Source: Candidatus Iainarchaeum sp.
GTDB lineage: Archaea > Iainarchaeota > Iainarchaeia > Iainarchaeales > JAZDEL01
Assembly: GCA_043808785.1 (NCBI GenBank)
Contig: JAZDEL010000006.1
Coordinates: forward strand, 1-32,000
Length of the DNA: 32,000 nucleotides
Direction of reading: 5' to 3'
Below, in pieces: positions 30,232 to 32,000 of this stretch. Position 1 is the stretch's first letter, and every line of letters starts with the position of its first letter. The position numbers were made by a program, and so were the translations under genes. Below the pieces are notes generated by a model. That model was not told where the DNA came from. It saw only the letters and a list, made by a program, of their open reading frames with translations, and searched no databases.

Positions 30232-31308
30232 TCAGCAACTGCCTCCGCTGCCTGAACTTGCGCCGCTACCGAACCCTGCTGCGGGGGCTGTGGAGCTAAG
30301 TGCCGTGTTGCACTCCTCCGGCGTGGTGTTGAACGCGAAGCAGATGGCTTTCTTTATGGACTCGGAATCCCTGTCGCTCTTCACAGCAGTGCCGTTTATG
30401 ACCATTGTCGGGGAGCTGCCGACCGAGTAGCCTGCTGCGTAAGCCATGTCGCTGTCGTAGTATTCCTGCGCCTTGCCCTGCATGCAGGTTTCTAATTTCG
30501 CGCTGTCGACTCCTGCGTCTGCCATCATCTTCGTGATGAACGGCGCAACGCAGGCCTCCATCTTCGCCTCGTCGCCGTTGAACTCTGTTGGCGAGTAGAA
30601 TTTGTCCTGGCAGGCGCTTATGTCGGCGCTTGCCGCGAATGCGGACATGTATGCGTAGAGGGTTTCAGGCTGCTCCTCGCGCAGGCAGAGCTGCCTTTTG
30701 GCTTCAAGTTCCTCGTGCATGCCGTGCATTGCGCCTATCTGGCGCACGGTTATATCGGCCTTGTCAGCAAGGAGCTCGACAACGGGGAACAGTCCCTTCT
30801 CTACTTGCAGGCCGTAGGGGCAGTAACTGAATACGAACACATCTACCACTGGCTTGTCGGATTTCACGAGTTCGTCCGTAATTCCCCCGTTATCTGCCGG
30901 GGTTTCAGCCTGCACAGTAGTGTCGATTAGCGACGGCGCAACAAACCTGCCGTCCATTGTTACGAAAAAACTACCGGGCATTGTGTTGCCGCCGCCCTCA
31001 ATCTCGAAATCTACCTGGTAAAAAAATCCATTGTAGTCCTTCGTGCCCTTAAGGCTCATTGTCCCGCCCTGCGGGACTATTATATTCTTGTTTACGAACG
31101 CGACCGAATCCTCACCCGCCTTTTCCTTGCTTACAGTTACGAATCCGCCCGGGGTTGCCGTGCCTGTTGCCCCGCCCTGCGGGAATGCATACATCCCCGC
31201 AAGCAGCCCGACGACAAGGAATGCCGCGGATGCCACGACAAGATAATCGAGGGAGTACTTGTTTTTTTCATCGGCCTTCTTTTCTTCGGCCTTCTTTTCT
31301 TCAGCCAT
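30232..31308 (-). CDS. Membrane-anchored extracytoplasmic thioredoxin-fold (DsbA-like) protein with a CPYG motif
   Basis: GGAGGT lies upstream of ATG 31308. The product starts with a charged N-terminus (AEEKKAEEKKADEK), followed by the TM helix LVVASAAFLVVGLLAGMYAF. The Trx-fold core reads VVDVFVFSYCPYGLQ ... SSPTMVINGTAV. The tail is Gly/Ser-rich and ends in Cys. Confidence 0.75.
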   Translation of the reverse strand: MAEEKKAEEKKADEKNKYSLDYLVVASAAFLVVGLLAGMYAFPQGGATGTATPGGFVTVSKEKAGEDSVAFVNKNIIVPQGGTMSLKGTKDYNGFFYQVDFEIEGGGNTMPGSFFVTMDGRFVAPSLIDTTVQAETPADNGGITDELVKSDKPVVDVFVFSYCPYGLQVEKGLFPVVELLADKADITVRQIGAMHGMHEELEAKRQLCLREEQPETLYAYMSAFAASADISACQDKFYSPTEFNGDEAKMEACVAPFITKMMADAGVDSAKLETCMQGKAQEYYDSDMAYAAGYSVGSSPTMVINGTAVKSDRDSESIKKAICFAFNTTPEECNTALSSTAPAAGFGSGASSGSGGSC

Positions 31309-31427
31309 GTGAAACCTCCTGAGAAGTGCAAATGCATGAATTGTGCAGTGGAACTCTTTTAAATCATGTGTTTCTTTCCGGGGGGTGCGGCAATCCGCCG
31401 CAGGCATACCTGTTGCGGCACAAAAGG

Positions 31428-31434
31428 TTTAAAA
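31428..31434 (+). promoter_or_regulatory. TATA-box-like element upstream of the HTH regulator
   Basis: TTTAAAA lies 24 nt upstream of ATG 31458. Confidence 0.4.
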
Positions 31435-31457
31435 GGGTTATTAACGATTGTGTATTT

Positions 31458-31823
31458 ATGAGCGTCAAGATGCCCTGCGAGATTGTCGGCTGGTATTTGC
31501 TCCCCGCGATAAGGAAGGGGGTAGTGAATGCGATGGTTGCCGAGGGCAAGGTTCCCAGGAAAAAGGTTGCAAAGGCGCTGGGCATTACCGAGGCCGCGGT
31601 GTGCAATTACATGAAGGGCAAGAGGGGCGCCAATCTGCCGCTTGGCAGCGAATGGAATATGGAAATAAGGAAAATTGCGAAAAAAATGGCAAATGCCGGG
31701 AAAGGCGGCGAAAAAGAGTTCATAATTGACACCTGTGCGCTGTGCACGCGCGTAAGGAAGGCGGGGCTGCTCTGCAAAATGCACAGGGAGCACGGTGCGC
31801 CTAAGGGCTGCAGTTCCTGCTGA
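31458..31823 (+). CDS. HTH transcriptional regulator with a C-terminal Cys cluster
   Basis: The HTH reads [24 protein letters not shown]. The C-terminus is [29 protein letters not shown] (CxxC...C...H...CxxC). Confidence 0.7.
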   Translation: MSVKMPCEIVGWYLLPAIRKGVVNAMVAEGKVPRKKVAKALGITEAAVCNYMKGKRGANLPLGSEWNMEIRKIAKKMANAGKGGEKEFIIDTCALCTRVRKAGLLCKMHREHGAPKGCSSC

Positions 31824-31839
31824 GCCTGGTGAAACCAAT

Positions 31840-32000
31840 ATGAAGCGCATTTACATGGACAACGCCGCAACAACGCGGATGGACGCGCGCGTACTGCACG
31901 CAATGCTGCCTTATTTCTCCGAAAAATTCGGGAATGCGTCCTCACTGCACGCATCCGGGAGGGAAGCGGCGGAGGCGCTTGAGCAGGCGAGGGGCAAAGT
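31840..32000 (+). CDS. Cysteine desulfurase (NifS/IscS family), 5' partial that runs off the window
   Basis: [53 protein letters not shown] matches the conserved class V aminotransferase N-terminus. It is absent from the ORF track because there is no stop codon within the window. Confidence 0.85.
   Translation, partial: MKRIYMDNAATTRMDARVLHAMLPYFSEKFGNASSLHASGREAAEALEQARGK

Overview
The window is an archaeal chromosomal segment. It looks GC-rich by eye and uses both strong GGAGG(TGA) Shine-Dalgarno sites and TATA-box starts with little or no leader. All domain calls come from motif recognition by eye; no searches were run.

Housekeeping content:
- The conserved archaeal cluster rps19e, PDCD5-like DNA-binding protein, rpl39e, rpl31e, eif6, rplX(L18Ae), pfdA and ftsY lies at 4.99-9.65 kb.
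- Downstream come a TRAM protein, srp54, an A24 prepilin peptidase, ribD, rtcA, an NAD-epimerase, GGGP synthase (an archaeal lipid marker), an MBL hydrolase, a three-OB plus zinc-finger RPA, and radA.
- A co-directional minus-strand block at 25.8-31.3 kb holds a DUF4430 lipoprotein, an ECF-S-like permease, DUF1405, a hexapeptide acyltransferase, a ferredoxin, two-subunit class I fumarase, a glutaredoxin and a membrane-anchored thioredoxin-fold protein.
- That block faces a Cys-rich HTH regulator and the 5' end of a cysteine desulfurase.

Accessory content sits in visibly AT-richer patches:
- At 9.66-11.7 kb there is an orphan 239-aa protein, a single-OB protein and a wHTH/RelE-like pair.
- At 21.3-22.9 kb there is an orphan basic protein, a short P-loop ORF and a fused RHH-Doc protein.
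- At 24.2-25.7 kb there is a wHTH-MNT plus a split HEPN, and a 47-aa basic micro-ORF behind a 15-bp direct repeat.

The most unusual element is at the left end (0.16-4.83 kb). It is a tandemly duplicated two-gene cassette. Each unit encodes a small single-pass membrane protein with an acidic Gly-rich tail, followed by a large secreted protein. The large proteins carry 22 and 20 Cys, have a propeller-like N-domain, and share a 6-Cys C-terminal module. The second large gene also contains a mosaic internal tandem duplication. I do not recognise either component as a named family.

No rRNA, tRNA, CRISPR array, integrase or transposase was seen.
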